Positions 9,783 to 19,699 of a stretch of DNA of 64,000 bases are shown one piece after another (the stretch's first letter is position 1; each line of letters begins with the position of its first letter). Origin of the DNA: an uncultured Eubacteriales bacterium. GTDB taxonomy: Bacteria > Bacillota > Clostridia > Christensenellales > CAG-138. Both the position numbers and the translations under genes were made by a program. Location of the stretch: assembly GCA_902765005.1 (NCBI GenBank), contig CACWYB010000023.1:3687-67686 (forward strand), read 5' to 3'. The notes beneath the pieces were generated by a model. That model searched no databases. It was not told the DNA's origin and worked only from the letters and a program-made list of their open reading frames with translations.

Positions 9783-11075
9783 TTAAAAGCAGGGGTACAT
9801 GGTCATGCCCACCAGAACCGTGATCACGCCCATGAGGATGGCCGGGAGCCAGCCCATCTTGAGAAGCGCCTTCTGATCATAGCCGCCAGCGCCCATCATC
9901 ATGGGCACCACGGAGGTGGCCATGGGGGTCATGACGGAGCACATGGAGCCGATGTAGCACATCTCCATAAGGCCCCGGGGGTCGCACTTGAGGGACATGG
10001 AGGTGAGGATCACCAGGGGGATGAGGATCTTGCTCACCGCCCGGTTGTAGAGGAGGCTGGTCATGACGAAGGCGGCCAGGAAGAAGATGGCGCCGATGAG
10101 ATAGTTGTTGTGGACGCCGCCAAGAAGGCCCGCCACCGCGTCGCCCACCAGCTCCCCGGCCCCCGTGTTGGCAAAGGCGCTGCCCAGGGTGACCACGCCC
10201 ACGTAGAGCAGGATGATGTCCAGGCACATGTTGTCGATGGCTTCCTTCTGAGTCAGGACCCCGGTGAGCACCAAAAAGGCGGCCCCGCAGGCGGGGATGA
10301 TCCAGGAGGGCAGGCCGAAGGACTGGCAGATGAGGCAGAGGATGACGCCGAAGAAGACCACATAGCCGATGACCTCCCGGACCGGGGACAGGGGCTCCTT
10401 TTGGGCCTTTTTCCGGCTCTCCACCATGCTGATGGGCACGATGGGGGCGTCGGGGGCGAACTTGGGGGCAAAGAAGATGGCCCAGACGAGCACGAAGGCG
10501 GACACGAAGAGCTTGATGTTCATCTGGGTGAACATGGTGAACTGGTAGTCCGCGATGCCGTACTCCAGCAGATAGCCGTTGTCCTCGATGAAGGTGGCGG
10601 CATAGGGACCGATGGGCATGATGGTGAAGGAGGTGGTCACGGTGACCAGGCCGATGGAGTACATCATCTTGGAGGGGCTCACCTTCATCTCCTCGCACAT
10701 GGCGATGACCAGGGGGCACACCAGGGCGAAGAGGGCCGTGATGCTGGGAATGAACTGGCCCAGGATGAAGGTGACCAGCACATAGCCCGCCAGGACCTTG
10801 GTGAAGGAGCCCTTGGAGACCCTGTACACCAGCTTGGAGAGGTGGTTCACCATCTGGGTGCGGCTCAGGCCCGCGGCGATAATGAACATGGAGATCATGG
10901 TGACCACCGTGTTGCTGCCCATGTTCCCCAGGGCGGTTTTGGAATCCACACAGCCCGCCACCACCAGGACCAGCATGCCGATGATGCTGGTCAGGGCCAT
11001 GGGGAGCTTGTTCAGGGAAAAGCTGACGATCATGAACAGGAACACGATCAAGGTTACGGCCATTTGCACATCCAT
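9783..11075 (-). CDS. SLC13/DASS family permease
   Basis: Polytopic membrane protein; VSPSKMM, CDPRGL and GAGGY motifs. Confidence 0.75.
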   Translation of the reverse strand: MDVQMAVTLIVFLFMIVSFSLNKLPMALTSIIGMLVLVVAGCVDSKTALGNMGSNTVVTMISMFIIAAGLSRTQMVNHLSKLVYRVSKGSFTKVLAGYVLVTFILGQFIPSITALFALVCPLVIAMCEEMKVSPSKMMYSIGLVTVTTSFTIMPIGPYAATFIEDNGYLLEYGIADYQFTMFTQMNIKLFVSAFVLVWAIFFAPKFAPDAPIVPISMVESRKKAQKEPLSPVREVIGYVVFFGVILCLICQSFGLPSWIIPACGAAFLVLTGVLTQKEAIDNMCLDIILLYVGVVTLGSAFANTGAGELVGDAVAGLLGGVHNNYLIGAIFFLAAFVMTSLLYNRAVSKILIPLVILTSMSLKCDPRGLMEMCYIGSMCSVMTPMATSVVPMMMGAGGYDQKALLKMGWLPAILMGVITVLVGMTMYPCF

Positions 11076-11172
11076 TTTCTCCGCACCCTCCCGGAAAGAG
11101 TAATCCCTGTCGGCCCCGGTTTTTCCCCGCGGGCCGGCGTTTCTTCAGTATATAATCTCCCCCGTGCCCTTG

Positions 11173-11955
11173 TCAAGACGCCCGGGTCTTCCCCGGGGAA
11201 CAGAGGGACAGATCCTCCTGGGGCGTGAGGCCGAACCGCTGTAGATACGCCATGGCCCGGGCCACCTGCGCGGGGTGCCCCACGTCGTTGGGGGCATGGG
11301 CGTCCGAACCCAGGATCACCCGGCAGCCCGCCTCCCTGACCAGGGGCCAGAAGCGGTCGCAGGGGTAGCAGCGTCCCTCCCGCATGCCCAGGATGTTCAG
11401 CTCCAAGGGCATGTCCAGCGCCTTCGCCCTTTGACAGAGGCGGCTCATCTCCTGGCGATAGACCTGGTCCGGCCCCACGTAATGGAACAGGTCCGGGTGG
11501 GCCACACAGGCGTAGGCCCCGGTCTCCATGCCCTCGATGACCCGGTCCACATAGGTGGAGAGGGCCTGGCGGCTCAGCTGGCTGGCCGGGTTATAGATGG
11601 TCTCGGCACTGTCGTTGAAGTGCTGAGCGAGCAGCAGATACTCCACCGGGTAGGGGGCGATGAGCGCCCGCATGGCCGGGAAGAGGTCCGGGTAGTACTC
11701 CGCCTCAAAGCCCAGGCGGATATCGATTTGGCCCTTGTATTCCCTTTTCAGGTCCAGAACGGAGGTCACATAGTCCTCCAGCAGGCGCAGCGGCACCCGG
11801 AACCGGGATTCATGTCCGTCTTGAAAGGGCATGGGCACGTGGTCGGAAAAGCCCAGCACCTTGAGCCCCCGCTCTATGGCGGTGTCCACATAGGCTCTGT
11901 CCTCCCCCACGGCGTGGCCGCAGCGGAAGGTGTGGGTGTGGTAGTTGGCGGTCAT
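11173..11955 (-). CDS. PHP-domain histidinol-phosphatase family protein
   Basis: NYHTHT, GFSDH, AHPD and GSDAH motifs; start set to MTANY after a GGAG RBS. Confidence 0.88.
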   Translation of the reverse strand: MTANYHTHTFRCGHAVGEDRAYVDTAIERGLKVLGFSDHVPMPFQDGHESRFRVPLRLLEDYVTSVLDLKREYKGQIDIRLGFEAEYYPDLFPAMRALIAPYPVEYLLLAQHFNDSAETIYNPASQLSRQALSTYVDRVIEGMETGAYACVAHPDLFHYVGPDQVYRQEMSRLCQRAKALDMPLELNILGMREGRCYPCDRFWPLVREAGCRVILGSDAHAPNDVGHPAQVARAMAYLQRFGLTPQEDLSLCSPGKTRAS

Positions 11956-12139
11956 AACAAGTCTCCTTCGGGAACGAAGCCGTTCCCCCATCCGCCCCAT
12001 TATACCAGCTTGCCGAAAAAGCGCAAGGAGCCCCGCCCTGCCCTCCGAAAAAAAATATACAAACTTGCGATCTGGTCCTTGCGGTGGGGCGGATATCGTG
12101 GTATTATGTGTCATTATCGGATTATATGGAGGTGGCACT

Positions 12140-13126
12140 ATGCAGCAGATTCTGGTACGACCCGAGAACATGAAACGAATCGACTCCCCGGCCCTGGCCC
12201 AGGCCTACATCGACGAGCAGGTGGCCCTGATCCGGGAGCAGGTGGGCGACGGCAAGGTGCTGCTGGCCCTGTCCGGCGGGGTGGATTCCTCCGTGGTGGC
12301 GGCCCTGCTCATCAAGGCCATCGGCGATCGGCTGGTGGCGGTCCATGTGAATCATGGGCTGCTGCGCAAGGGCGAGCCCGAGCAGGTCATCGAGGTGTTC
12401 CGGAACCAGATGCATGCCAACCTCATCTACGTGGACGCCACGGACAGGTTCCTCAACAAGCTGGCCGGCGTCAGCGACCCGGAGACCAAGCGCAAGATCA
12501 TCGGCAAGGAGTTCATCGAGGTCTTCGCCGAGGAGGCAAGGAAGCTGGAGGGCATCCAGTTCCTGGCGCAGGGCACCATTTGGCCGGACATTCTGGAGAG
12601 CGAATCGGGCATCAAGGCCCACCACAACGCCGGCGGCCTGCCGGAGGACCTTTCCTTCGAGCTGGTGGAGCCGGTCCGCATCCTCTTTAAGGACGAGGTG
12701 CGCATGGTGGGCAAGGAGCTGGGCCTGCCCGACGGCATGGTATACCGGCAGCCCTTCCCCGGCCCCGGCCTGGGGGTGCGGTGCGTGGGCGCCATCACCC
12801 GGGACCGGCTGGAGGCCGTGCGGGAATCCGACGCCATCCTGCGGGAGGAATTCGCCGCGGCAGGCCTGCAGGGCAAGGTGTGGCAGTACTTCACTGTGGT
12901 GCCCGACATGAAGAGCACCGGCATCAAGGACGGCAAGCGGACCGACGACTGGATGGTCATCCTCCGGGCGGTGAACTCCGTGGACGCCACCTCCGCCACC
13001 ATCGAGGAGGTGCCCTACGAGCTGCTTTTGAAGATCCGGGACCGGATCTTCCGGGAGGTCAAGGGCGTGAACCGGGTCCTCTACGACCTCTCCTGCAAGC
13101 CCATCGCCACCATCGAGTACGAATAA
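12140..13126 (+). CDS. guaA: GMP synthase, ATP-pyrophosphatase plus C-terminal domain (no glutaminase domain)
   Basis: LSGGVDSSV, DPETKRKIIG, IKAHHN, RQPFPGPGLGVR and KPIATIEYE motifs; GGAGGT RBS before 12140. Confidence 0.88.
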   Translation: MQQILVRPENMKRIDSPALAQAYIDEQVALIREQVGDGKVLLALSGGVDSSVVAALLIKAIGDRLVAVHVNHGLLRKGEPEQVIEVFRNQMHANLIYVDATDRFLNKLAGVSDPETKRKIIGKEFIEVFAEEARKLEGIQFLAQGTIWPDILESESGIKAHHNAGGLPEDLSFELVEPVRILFKDEVRMVGKELGLPDGMVYRQPFPGPGLGVRCVGAITRDRLEAVRESDAILREEFAAAGLQGKVWQYFTVVPDMKSTGIKDGKRTDDWMVILRAVNSVDATSATIEEVPYELLLKIRDRIFREVKGVNRVLYDLSCKPIATIEYE

Positions 13127-13142
13127 TCCCAGACGCAAGCGG

Positions 13143-13229
13143 GAAGGGGCCGGAAGGCCCCTTCTTATTTTGCTGCGGCCTGGCGGCATACAAAAACAGG
13201 ACCTGAAAAGGGGTCCTGTTTCTTTTTGT
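13143..13229. terminator. Two hairpins between convergent genes
   Basis: GAAGGGGCC-GGAA-GGCCCCTTC followed by T-rich run, and AAACAGGACC...GGTCCTGTTT. Confidence 0.6.
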
Positions 13230-13238
13230 TTGGCGGGA

Positions 13239-13805
13239 TCAGAGCACCCAGAGCAGCACGCTGATGAGGGCCGTGCCCGCCAGTATGAGGGCGAAGCTCA
13301 GCTTCCAGCGGCCGTTTTTGTTGAAGCCGTACATATCCTCCCAGGTCCGGGCCACCACCACTCGGTTGAGGTAGAGCCAGCCGTAGAGGGCCACGGGCAG
13401 GATGCCCAGGGGGATGGCCCAGGGGCTCATGGTGCCCCGCTCAAAGCAGAGGAAGGACAGCAGGGCCAGCACCGGCGTGATAAGGTGCATGACCAGCTCC
13501 GGCCCGTCCCACAGGCCGTGAATGGACCCCGTGCTGGGCCAGAGGAAGAGGAGCACCGTGAGGAAGGTGACCATCACCGACACGGTGCCCACGAATTTCA
13601 AAATCACCGCCCAGGCGGGCATGGACCCGAACAGCTCGCAGACCAGCAGGATCAGAGCCGTGAGGGCGCAGAACAGGTTGGACAGCACCGTGAAAAACCG
13701 AAACGCAAGGGGCGCCTGCGCCCGGGGCGCCCGCCGGATGACGGCCCGAAGGGCCAGCACGGTGGAAAAGAGAATGGCTTCATTGAAAACGGCGGATGGG
13801 ACCAT
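13239..13805 (-). CDS. Integral membrane protein (Pr6Pr/FAR-17a-like)
   Basis: FRFFTVLSN and MHLITP motifs; several TM helices. Confidence 0.65.
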   Translation of the reverse strand: MVPSAVFNEAILFSTVLALRAVIRRAPRAQAPLAFRFFTVLSNLFCALTALILLVCELFGSMPAWAVILKFVGTVSVMVTFLTVLLFLWPSTGSIHGLWDGPELVMHLITPVLALLSFLCFERGTMSPWAIPLGILPVALYGWLYLNRVVVARTWEDMYGFNKNGRWKLSFALILAGTALISVLLWVL

Positions 13806-13918
13806 GCGTTGCCTCCCTATATATGATTTAGAATCATACCACGTTTTGCCTCCGCTTTCAAGGAACCCGGGCAGAAGAAAAGCGCCCCGGGAAGGGGCGC
13901 GGTATGCGTATGCCGCAA

Positions 13919-15273
13919 TCAGGCGTTCAGCAGGAAGGCATGGTAGGCCTTCACCGCCTCATAGAGGTCCGCCTTGGAGATTATCTCCCAGGGGGCGTGC
14001 ATGGAGAGCACCGCCACGCCGCTGTCGATGACGTTCATGCCGTAGAGGGCGCAGATGTAGGCGATGGTGCCGCCGCCGCCCGCTCCGCGGTCTGATAGAC
14101 CACCTTGCCTTCCTCCATGATGGCGCGAAGCTTGCCCATGTACTCGGCGTTGGCGTCGTTGCTGCCGGACTTGCCTCGGGCGCCGGTGTACTTGTTGAAG
14201 CACACGCCCTTGCCCAGGAACGCGGCGTTCTTCTTCTCGAACATGCCGGCGTAGGAGGGGTCGAAGCCCGCGCTCACGTCGCAGGAGAGCATGCGGCTGT
14301 TTTTCAGGGCACGGCGGAGCTTGAGCTCGGAGTATTCGCCGGTCTTTTCCATGATCTCCGCCAGGGCGTTTTCAAAGTAGTGGGCCTGCATGCCCGTGGC
14401 GCCCACGCTGCCGATCTCCTCCTTGTCGGCCAGGATGCAGCAGCAGGTGTATTTGGGGGTATCGGTGATCTTGAACATGGCCTCGATCTCCGCGTAGGCG
14501 CAGACCCGGTCGTCGTGGCCGTAGCCGATGACCATGCTCCGGTCCAAACCGAAGTCACGGCTCCTGCCCGCGGGGACCACCTCGATCTCGGCGGAGAGGA
14601 AGTCCTCCTCCTCCATGCCGTACTTCTCCTTGAGGATAGAGAGGATGGCGGCCTTCACCGGCTCCTTCTCCGTGTCCTTCAGGGGCTTGCCGCCCACGAT
14701 CACGTCCAGGGCCTCGCCCTCGATGACCACGGAGGCCTTCTTGTCCATCTGGGTGGCGGAGAGGTGGATCAAGAGGTCGGAGATGCCCACCACGGGATCG
14801 TCCTCATCCTCGCCGATGACCACGTCCACCACGGTGCCGTCCTTCTTCGCCACCACACCGTGGAGGGCCAGGGGCAGGGTGACCCACTGGTACTTTTTGA
14901 TGCCGCCGTAGTAGTGGGTGTCCAGGTACGCCAGCTCCGTATCCTCAAAGAGGGGGTTCTGCTTCAGGTCCATGCGGGGGCTGTCGATGTGGGCGCCCAC
15001 GATGTTGATGCCCTGCTCCAAGGGCTCGCTGCCGATGATGTAGAGCTGAACGGCCTTGCCCATGGTGTTCACATACACCCGGTCGCCGGCCTTCAGGCTC
15101 TCGACCTTTTCAAGATCCACATAGCCGGCTTTCTCGGCCCGGCGGATGGTCTCCCGGGCGCACTCCCGCTCGGTCTTGCTCAGATCCAGAAAGGCCCGGT
15201 AGGCTTTGCCCAGGTCCATGACCTTCTTCTCTTCCCGCTTCTTATACGTGGTCCACGCGTTGACTCGTTCCAT
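13919..15273 (-). pseudogene. M18 family aspartyl aminopeptidase, frameshifted near 14081 (probably assembly lesion)
   Basis: SKTERE, AHIDSPR, HYYGGIKKYQW, GHDDRVC and DKEEIGS in one frame; GGGGTIA...SMHAPWE C-terminus in another frame; LGKVD-like segment missing at the junction. Confidence 0.85.
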
Positions 15274-15424
15274 AGCTTCCTCCTGTATGCTTGCATTCCC
15301 CGTCAGTATACGCGAAACGACGGGAAATGTAAAGCAAAACCGGCATTCTTTCCTTAGGGGCTGGATTTATGAAAGATTTTTCGGTATCTTATTCACACGA
15401 GAAGCGGCTGGGCGTAACAGGGAT

Positions 15425-15598
15425 TCAGTACCGGATGATGTAGTAGATCACGTACGCCCAGCTCAGAAGCCCATGGATGATGGCCCAGCCGATGGACTTC
15501 CACGCGGTGTAGCTGATCACCATGGCCAATGCGCTGCCGAAGGTGATGCCGGTGTTGACCGTTTTTTTGATGATCGTCTGATTGCTGCTTTTTTCCAT
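15425..15598 (-). CDS. 57-aa small membrane protein (not in ORF track)
   Basis: Manual translation MEKSSNQTIIKKTVNTGITFGSALAMVISYTAWKSIGWAIIHGLLSWAYVIYYIIRY*; strong AGGAGGAG RBS. Confidence 0.75.
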   Translation of the reverse strand: MEKSSNQTIIKKTVNTGITFGSALAMVISYTAWKSIGWAIIHGLLSWAYVIYYIIRY

Positions 15599-15642
15599 AA
15601 TTCAACTCCTCCTTCCTCTCGGAAAGCCCCTATCGGGGCAGT

Positions 15643-15975
15643 TTACCGTCTGTTTTCGATCCCCCAGTCGCAGAGCTTGTCCAGCACCTCAACAAGGGAG
15701 TGGCCCCGGTCCGTCAGGGAGTATTCCACCCGGGGCGGGATCTGGGGATAGACCACCCGGCGAATGAGGTCGTCCGCTTCCAGCTCCTTCAGATTCCGGC
15801 TCAGGGTCTTGTCCGCCACCTTCTTTAGGTATCGCTGCAACTCGTTGAATCGGACCGGCTCATACTCCATCAGGCAATAGAGGATCACCGGCTTATACTT
15901 CCCCGCGATCAGGGACAGGGTGTAGCTGTAGCCGGTCTCGTCGAAATCTGCGTTTTCGATACCGTTTGTATTCAT
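15643..15975 (-). CDS. HxlR-family (winged helix) transcriptional regulator
   Basis: LIAGKYK, RFNEL, LSRNLKELE and YPQIPPRVEYSLT motifs. Confidence 0.9.
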   Translation of the reverse strand: MNTNGIENADFDETGYSYTLSLIAGKYKPVILYCLMEYEPVRFNELQRYLKKVADKTLSRNLKELEADDLIRRVVYPQIPPRVEYSLTDRGHSLVEVLDKLCDWGIENRR

Positions 15976-15989
15976 GCTTTCCTCCGGGT

Positions 15990-16016
15990 AAGTACCTGTC
16001 TTTAAAGTGGGTACTT
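15990..16016. promoter_or_regulatory. Inverted repeat, likely HxlR operator
   Basis: AAGTACC-13 nt-GGTACTT between the divergent regulator and flavin reductase. Confidence 0.55.
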
Positions 16017-16081
16017 GCTATTCTTTCCGTCCCATGATACCATGCCTTTGTACCGAAAGCAACAGAAAGGAAGAAAAAGCT

Positions 16082-16654
16082 ATGAAGAAGAATTTAGGCG
16101 TCGTCCCGGCGGTGTACCCCATGCCCGTGCTCATGGTGGCGGCCTATGACGAAAACGGCAAGGTGAACGTGATGAACGCGGCCTGGGGCATGATCTGCGC
16201 CATGGACAAGATCGCCCTGTTCATCGACGAGGACCACAAGACCACCCAGAACCTGCTGAAATCCAAGGCCTTCACCGTGGCCCTGGCGGACAGGGAGCAC
16301 ATGGATGTGGCCGACTTCTTCGGCATCGCCACCGGCAACAAGATGGCCGACAAGTTTGAGCGGACCGGCTACCACGCCGCAAAGAGCGCCTTCGTCAACG
16401 CCCCCGTCATTGAGGAGTTCCCGGTGGTCATGGAATGCGAGCTCAACGACGTGGTCAGCAACGACAGCTTCTACTGCATCGTGGGCAAGATCGTGAACGT
16501 GGCCGCCGAGGAGAAGGTCCTGGGCCCCAACGGCAAGGTGGACCCTGCCAATCTGAACGCCCTCATCTTTGACCAGTTCCAGAATGGCTACTATGTGACC
16601 GGGGAGCAGGCCGGCCGGGCCTGGCACGCCGGCGCGGGGCTGATGAAGAAGTAA
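16082..16654 (+). CDS. Flavin reductase-like (flavoredoxin) protein
   Basis: YPMPV, NVMNAAWG, VNAPVIEEFP and MEC motifs. Confidence 0.88.
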   Translation: MKKNLGVVPAVYPMPVLMVAAYDENGKVNVMNAAWGMICAMDKIALFIDEDHKTTQNLLKSKAFTVALADREHMDVADFFGIATGNKMADKFERTGYHAAKSAFVNAPVIEEFPVVMECELNDVVSNDSFYCIVGKIVNVAAEEKVLGPNGKVDPANLNALIFDQFQNGYYVTGEQAGRAWHAGAGLMKK

Positions 16655-16674
16655 ACTATTTTGGGGTTTATTTC

Positions 16675-16829
16675 GTACTTTTTTCTCTTCATGAGAAGAG
16701 AAAAAAGTACCAAAAAAGAGAAGCAAGGAAGGGCTTCGTGTCAGGATGCACAGGCCCTTCCTTTTTCCTACGCTTTTCTTTTTGGGCGGCTTTTTCTCTT
16801 TCTCCAAAGAGAAAAAGCCGCAACAGAAA
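16675..16829. repeat. AT-rich multi-hairpin intergenic element, copy A
   Basis: GTACTTTTTTCTCTTC/GAAGAGAAAAAAGTAC, AAGGAAGGGC/GCCCTTCCTT and GCGGCTTTTTCTCTTT/AAAGAGAAAAAGCCGC hairpins. Confidence 0.8.
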
Positions 16830-16840
16830 CAGTTCTTACG

Positions 16841-18109
16841 TTATCCCGCTACTTCCACGCCCTCGATCTTCACGGCGAAGGGGCCGGTGTAGTTTAGCGT
16901 GTCGTAGCGCTCGGTGGAGAAGACGAGGTTCCCCTGCTTCTCGGGCAGGCTCCCGTTGATGGAACCGCCGGTGAGGATCTGGACGCCATCCTCGGTGTAG
17001 AGGTACGCCAGGCGAATTTCACCGCCGAAGTGGCCCGTGAAGGCGTCCATTTGGAAATCGGAGAAGGATACGGGACAGAGGCAGCCACGGCGCAGGTCGT
17101 CCAAGGCCACGGTGCCGTTATTCACACCGATCCGCTCATAGTAGCCCGTGGGCTCGATGCCCAGATACTGGCAGAAGCGGTTGGCACCGTAGATGAGCTG
17201 CAGCTCCCCGTCCTTGACCAGGGGCCGCGCCACCATGGGGATGCCCTCCTCGGAATAGGGAGCGAGGGGCAGCAGCGTCAAATCCAGCTTCTCCCCCTGC
17301 ACGTCCTCTCCCTGGACCTGCTTGCCCACAGCCCAGTCGGAGTAGTGGGCGTAAACGTAGGGCGCCAGAGCCCGCTCCGCGTAGTATTCCATGATGGTCG
17401 CCACCTGGTCCCCGCTGAGGACCACCGAATAGGTGCCGGCCTGGGGAGACCTTTGGGCGGATGCCCGATCCCGGACCGCAGCGATGGCCTGCTTCGCCTT
17501 GGCGGTGAGGGCCTCGGCGTTGAGATCCGCATAGTCGAACTGGAAGAACTGCTCCACGTCCTGGGGGATCTTGCACTGGGTCACGAACTCGCCCTTGACC
17601 TCGTAGCGGGTGTAGGCAATGTCCACGCCCGCGCTGGAAAGGATCCCCACCCGGCTTTTGATGGCGAAGATCTCCGCGCTGTTGATAAAGGCGTCCTCGG
17701 CGGTGTCGGCGGCGAAAAGGGCCTCCGCCATAACGAGGGCGTCCTCCTCCAAAGACCGATCCGCCAGGGTGGAGGGCATCTCCACGGGCGCTTCCTTTTT
17801 CCCTGCGTACAGCTCATAGAAGGGGTTCTTCACGAACTGAGCGGCAAAGAAAGCGTCCTTGATCCGTCCCCTGATCTCGTCCGGGGTCATGCCTTCGAAG
17901 ATCTGCGTCTGAGAGCTGCCCCTGAACTTCACGCCGTCAGCTTCAAAGTCCCGGTAGACGGTGACGGTGCAGCCGGTGGTGCGCTTAGTGCGGCGCATGT
18001 CCAACGTCTTTTGGATGAAGAACAGCTCCGCGGACTCGGTCTCGGTGCTCTCGATCTGATAGTTGGCAATATCCAGCGCCTGCAAGGCGTTCAAAATGAT
18101 GTCGCGCAT
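16841..18109 (-). CDS. TldE/PmbA family protein
   Basis: Directly downstream of tldD; YSEEGIP, DFQMD and GGSING-like motifs; no HExxxH. Confidence 0.8.
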   Translation of the reverse strand: MRDIILNALQALDIANYQIESTETESAELFFIQKTLDMRRTKRTTGCTVTVYRDFEADGVKFRGSSQTQIFEGMTPDEIRGRIKDAFFAAQFVKNPFYELYAGKKEAPVEMPSTLADRSLEEDALVMAEALFAADTAEDAFINSAEIFAIKSRVGILSSAGVDIAYTRYEVKGEFVTQCKIPQDVEQFFQFDYADLNAEALTAKAKQAIAAVRDRASAQRSPQAGTYSVVLSGDQVATIMEYYAERALAPYVYAHYSDWAVGKQVQGEDVQGEKLDLTLLPLAPYSEEGIPMVARPLVKDGELQLIYGANRFCQYLGIEPTGYYERIGVNNGTVALDDLRRGCLCPVSFSDFQMDAFTGHFGGEIRLAYLYTEDGVQILTGGSINGSLPEKQGNLVFSTERYDTLNYTGPFAVKIEGVEVAG

Positions 18110-18124
18110 ACTCTTTCTCCTTCC

Positions 18125-19555
18125 TTAGCCCAAGCGGATGCGGGCCTTGATGCAGGGGCCGCCGTCAGAGACCTTGACCCATTCCTTCCAACCCTTGCCG
18201 CACATGCCGCCGCCTTCGAGAGCGAAATCCTTGGAGACCATGGTGATGGACTTCAAGAGGTCCGGCACGTAGCCCGTGAGCACGATGGGCGAGAAGATGC
18301 GGCCCGTGAGCTTTCCGTCCTTGATCTCCCTGGCTACGTTGACCATGCACTGGATGCCCCAGTTCTTGGGGTCCTCCATGCCGCTGCTTGGGTTGTCCAG
18401 CAGAAAGCCGTCCTTCACGGAGGCGATCATGTCTTCGAAGGTGTCCGTCCCCGACTCGAAGTAGGTGTTGGTCATGCGGGTGTAGGCCTTGCGCTCGAAG
18501 CTCTCCCGGCGGCCGTTGCCCGTAGGCTCAGTCCCCAAATGCATGGCGCTCTGGGCGTCGGAGATGCCCCGCTTCAGGATGCCCTTTTCGATGATGACCG
18601 TGTCGTGGGCCAGGACCCCCTCGTCGTCGAAGAAGTAGGAGCCCGTGTCCCGCTGCACGGCGGCGCCGTCGTGCATGGTGATAAGGGGCGAAGCCACATA
18701 CTGGCCGATGAACTTTTTGGCCTGGGCCCGATCCTTCACGAACATGTCCATCTCCACGCCGTGGCCGAAGGCCTCGTGGACGATCATGCCCGTGACGGCG
18801 GGAGTGCACACGCACTCGTATTCGCCGGGGACCATGGGCTGGCTGTCGATGAGCTCCAATGCCGTCTTGACCGCGTTGTCGAGCTTAGCCTTGAGGGCGT
18901 CCAGCACTTCGGCTCCGGCCAGGTCGGACGCGCCGTCGTAGTAGCCCACGATGTCGTCCTCCTTGGGGCACATGACGTAGAGGCTCCCGGCGCTCCACAG
19001 CAGGTTTTGCTCCAGATCCCGATGGGGGGACAAAAAGAGCTTGTGTATCTCTTGGAATTCAAAGCTAACGGTGCAGTCGATGATCCGCTCGTCCCGGCCC
19101 TTGGCCTCGTCCCGGATGGCGTTGAGGGCGGCCAGAATCTCCTCGTCCCCCTTCTTGTCCGGGTGGACGGCATATTCGCTGCTCTTCAAGAGCACCGCGG
19201 GCTCGTCGGGGATCTGGTCATACTCGCTGAGGCTTAGCCCCGCAGGCAGCTTCCCGGCCAAAGGCATGATCCGCCCCTCCACCTCCGCCACGATGGCGGG
19301 GATGGCCGCCTCGTCCAGGTGAGTGAAGGAATATTCCCCGTAGGAGCGGCCGTCGTAGACCTTCAGCACGAAGCCCCGGCGGGTGAACAGATCGTCCTCC
19401 CCGGCGGATACGCCCGTGTTCCCCACGCGGTAATGCTTGCTCCTGGTGTCGGCCGCCAGCACGGACACATAGCCGTACTTCTGAGACAGCCGCCCGATGA
19501 GCGTCTGCAGCAGGGGCTTGGCCGCCTGCAAAAACGCGCTGCGCTGTACCTGCAT
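18125..19555 (-). CDS. tldD: TldD family metalloprotease
   Basis: HEAFGHGVE, FDDEG, TGNGRR, RMTNT and CGK motifs. Confidence 0.9.
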   Translation of the reverse strand: MQVQRSAFLQAAKPLLQTLIGRLSQKYGYVSVLAADTRSKHYRVGNTGVSAGEDDLFTRRGFVLKVYDGRSYGEYSFTHLDEAAIPAIVAEVEGRIMPLAGKLPAGLSLSEYDQIPDEPAVLLKSSEYAVHPDKKGDEEILAALNAIRDEAKGRDERIIDCTVSFEFQEIHKLFLSPHRDLEQNLLWSAGSLYVMCPKEDDIVGYYDGASDLAGAEVLDALKAKLDNAVKTALELIDSQPMVPGEYECVCTPAVTGMIVHEAFGHGVEMDMFVKDRAQAKKFIGQYVASPLITMHDGAAVQRDTGSYFFDDEGVLAHDTVIIEKGILKRGISDAQSAMHLGTEPTGNGRRESFERKAYTRMTNTYFESGTDTFEDMIASVKDGFLLDNPSSGMEDPKNWGIQCMVNVAREIKDGKLTGRIFSPIVLTGYVPDLLKSITMVSKDFALEGGGMCGKGWKEWVKVSDGGPCIKARIRLG

Positions 19556-19582
19556 TCTTGTACCTCCCTTGGTGTTTTTTTC

Positions 19583-19669
19583 ATCATACCAGCATTGGTT
19601 CCCGATTTCAACAAAAAGGTGAAGTTGTCCCGGGGGGCCCTTGAAAACCTCACCTTTTGCGGCTATAAT
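19583..19669. promoter_or_regulatory. Divergent sigma-A promoters for tldD (-) and the COG0523 operon (+)
   Basis: Minus strand TTGAAA(19611-19606)-17-TATGAT; plus strand TTGAAA(19641)-17-TATAAT(19664). Confidence 0.7.
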
Positions 19670-19699
19670 AAGTTGATTTAATATGGAGGCATAGGAAAC

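Noticed and set aside
15393-15605. 70-aa ORF from the track
   Set aside because: The overlapping frame 15425-15598 has the RBS and a coherent membrane-protein sequence.
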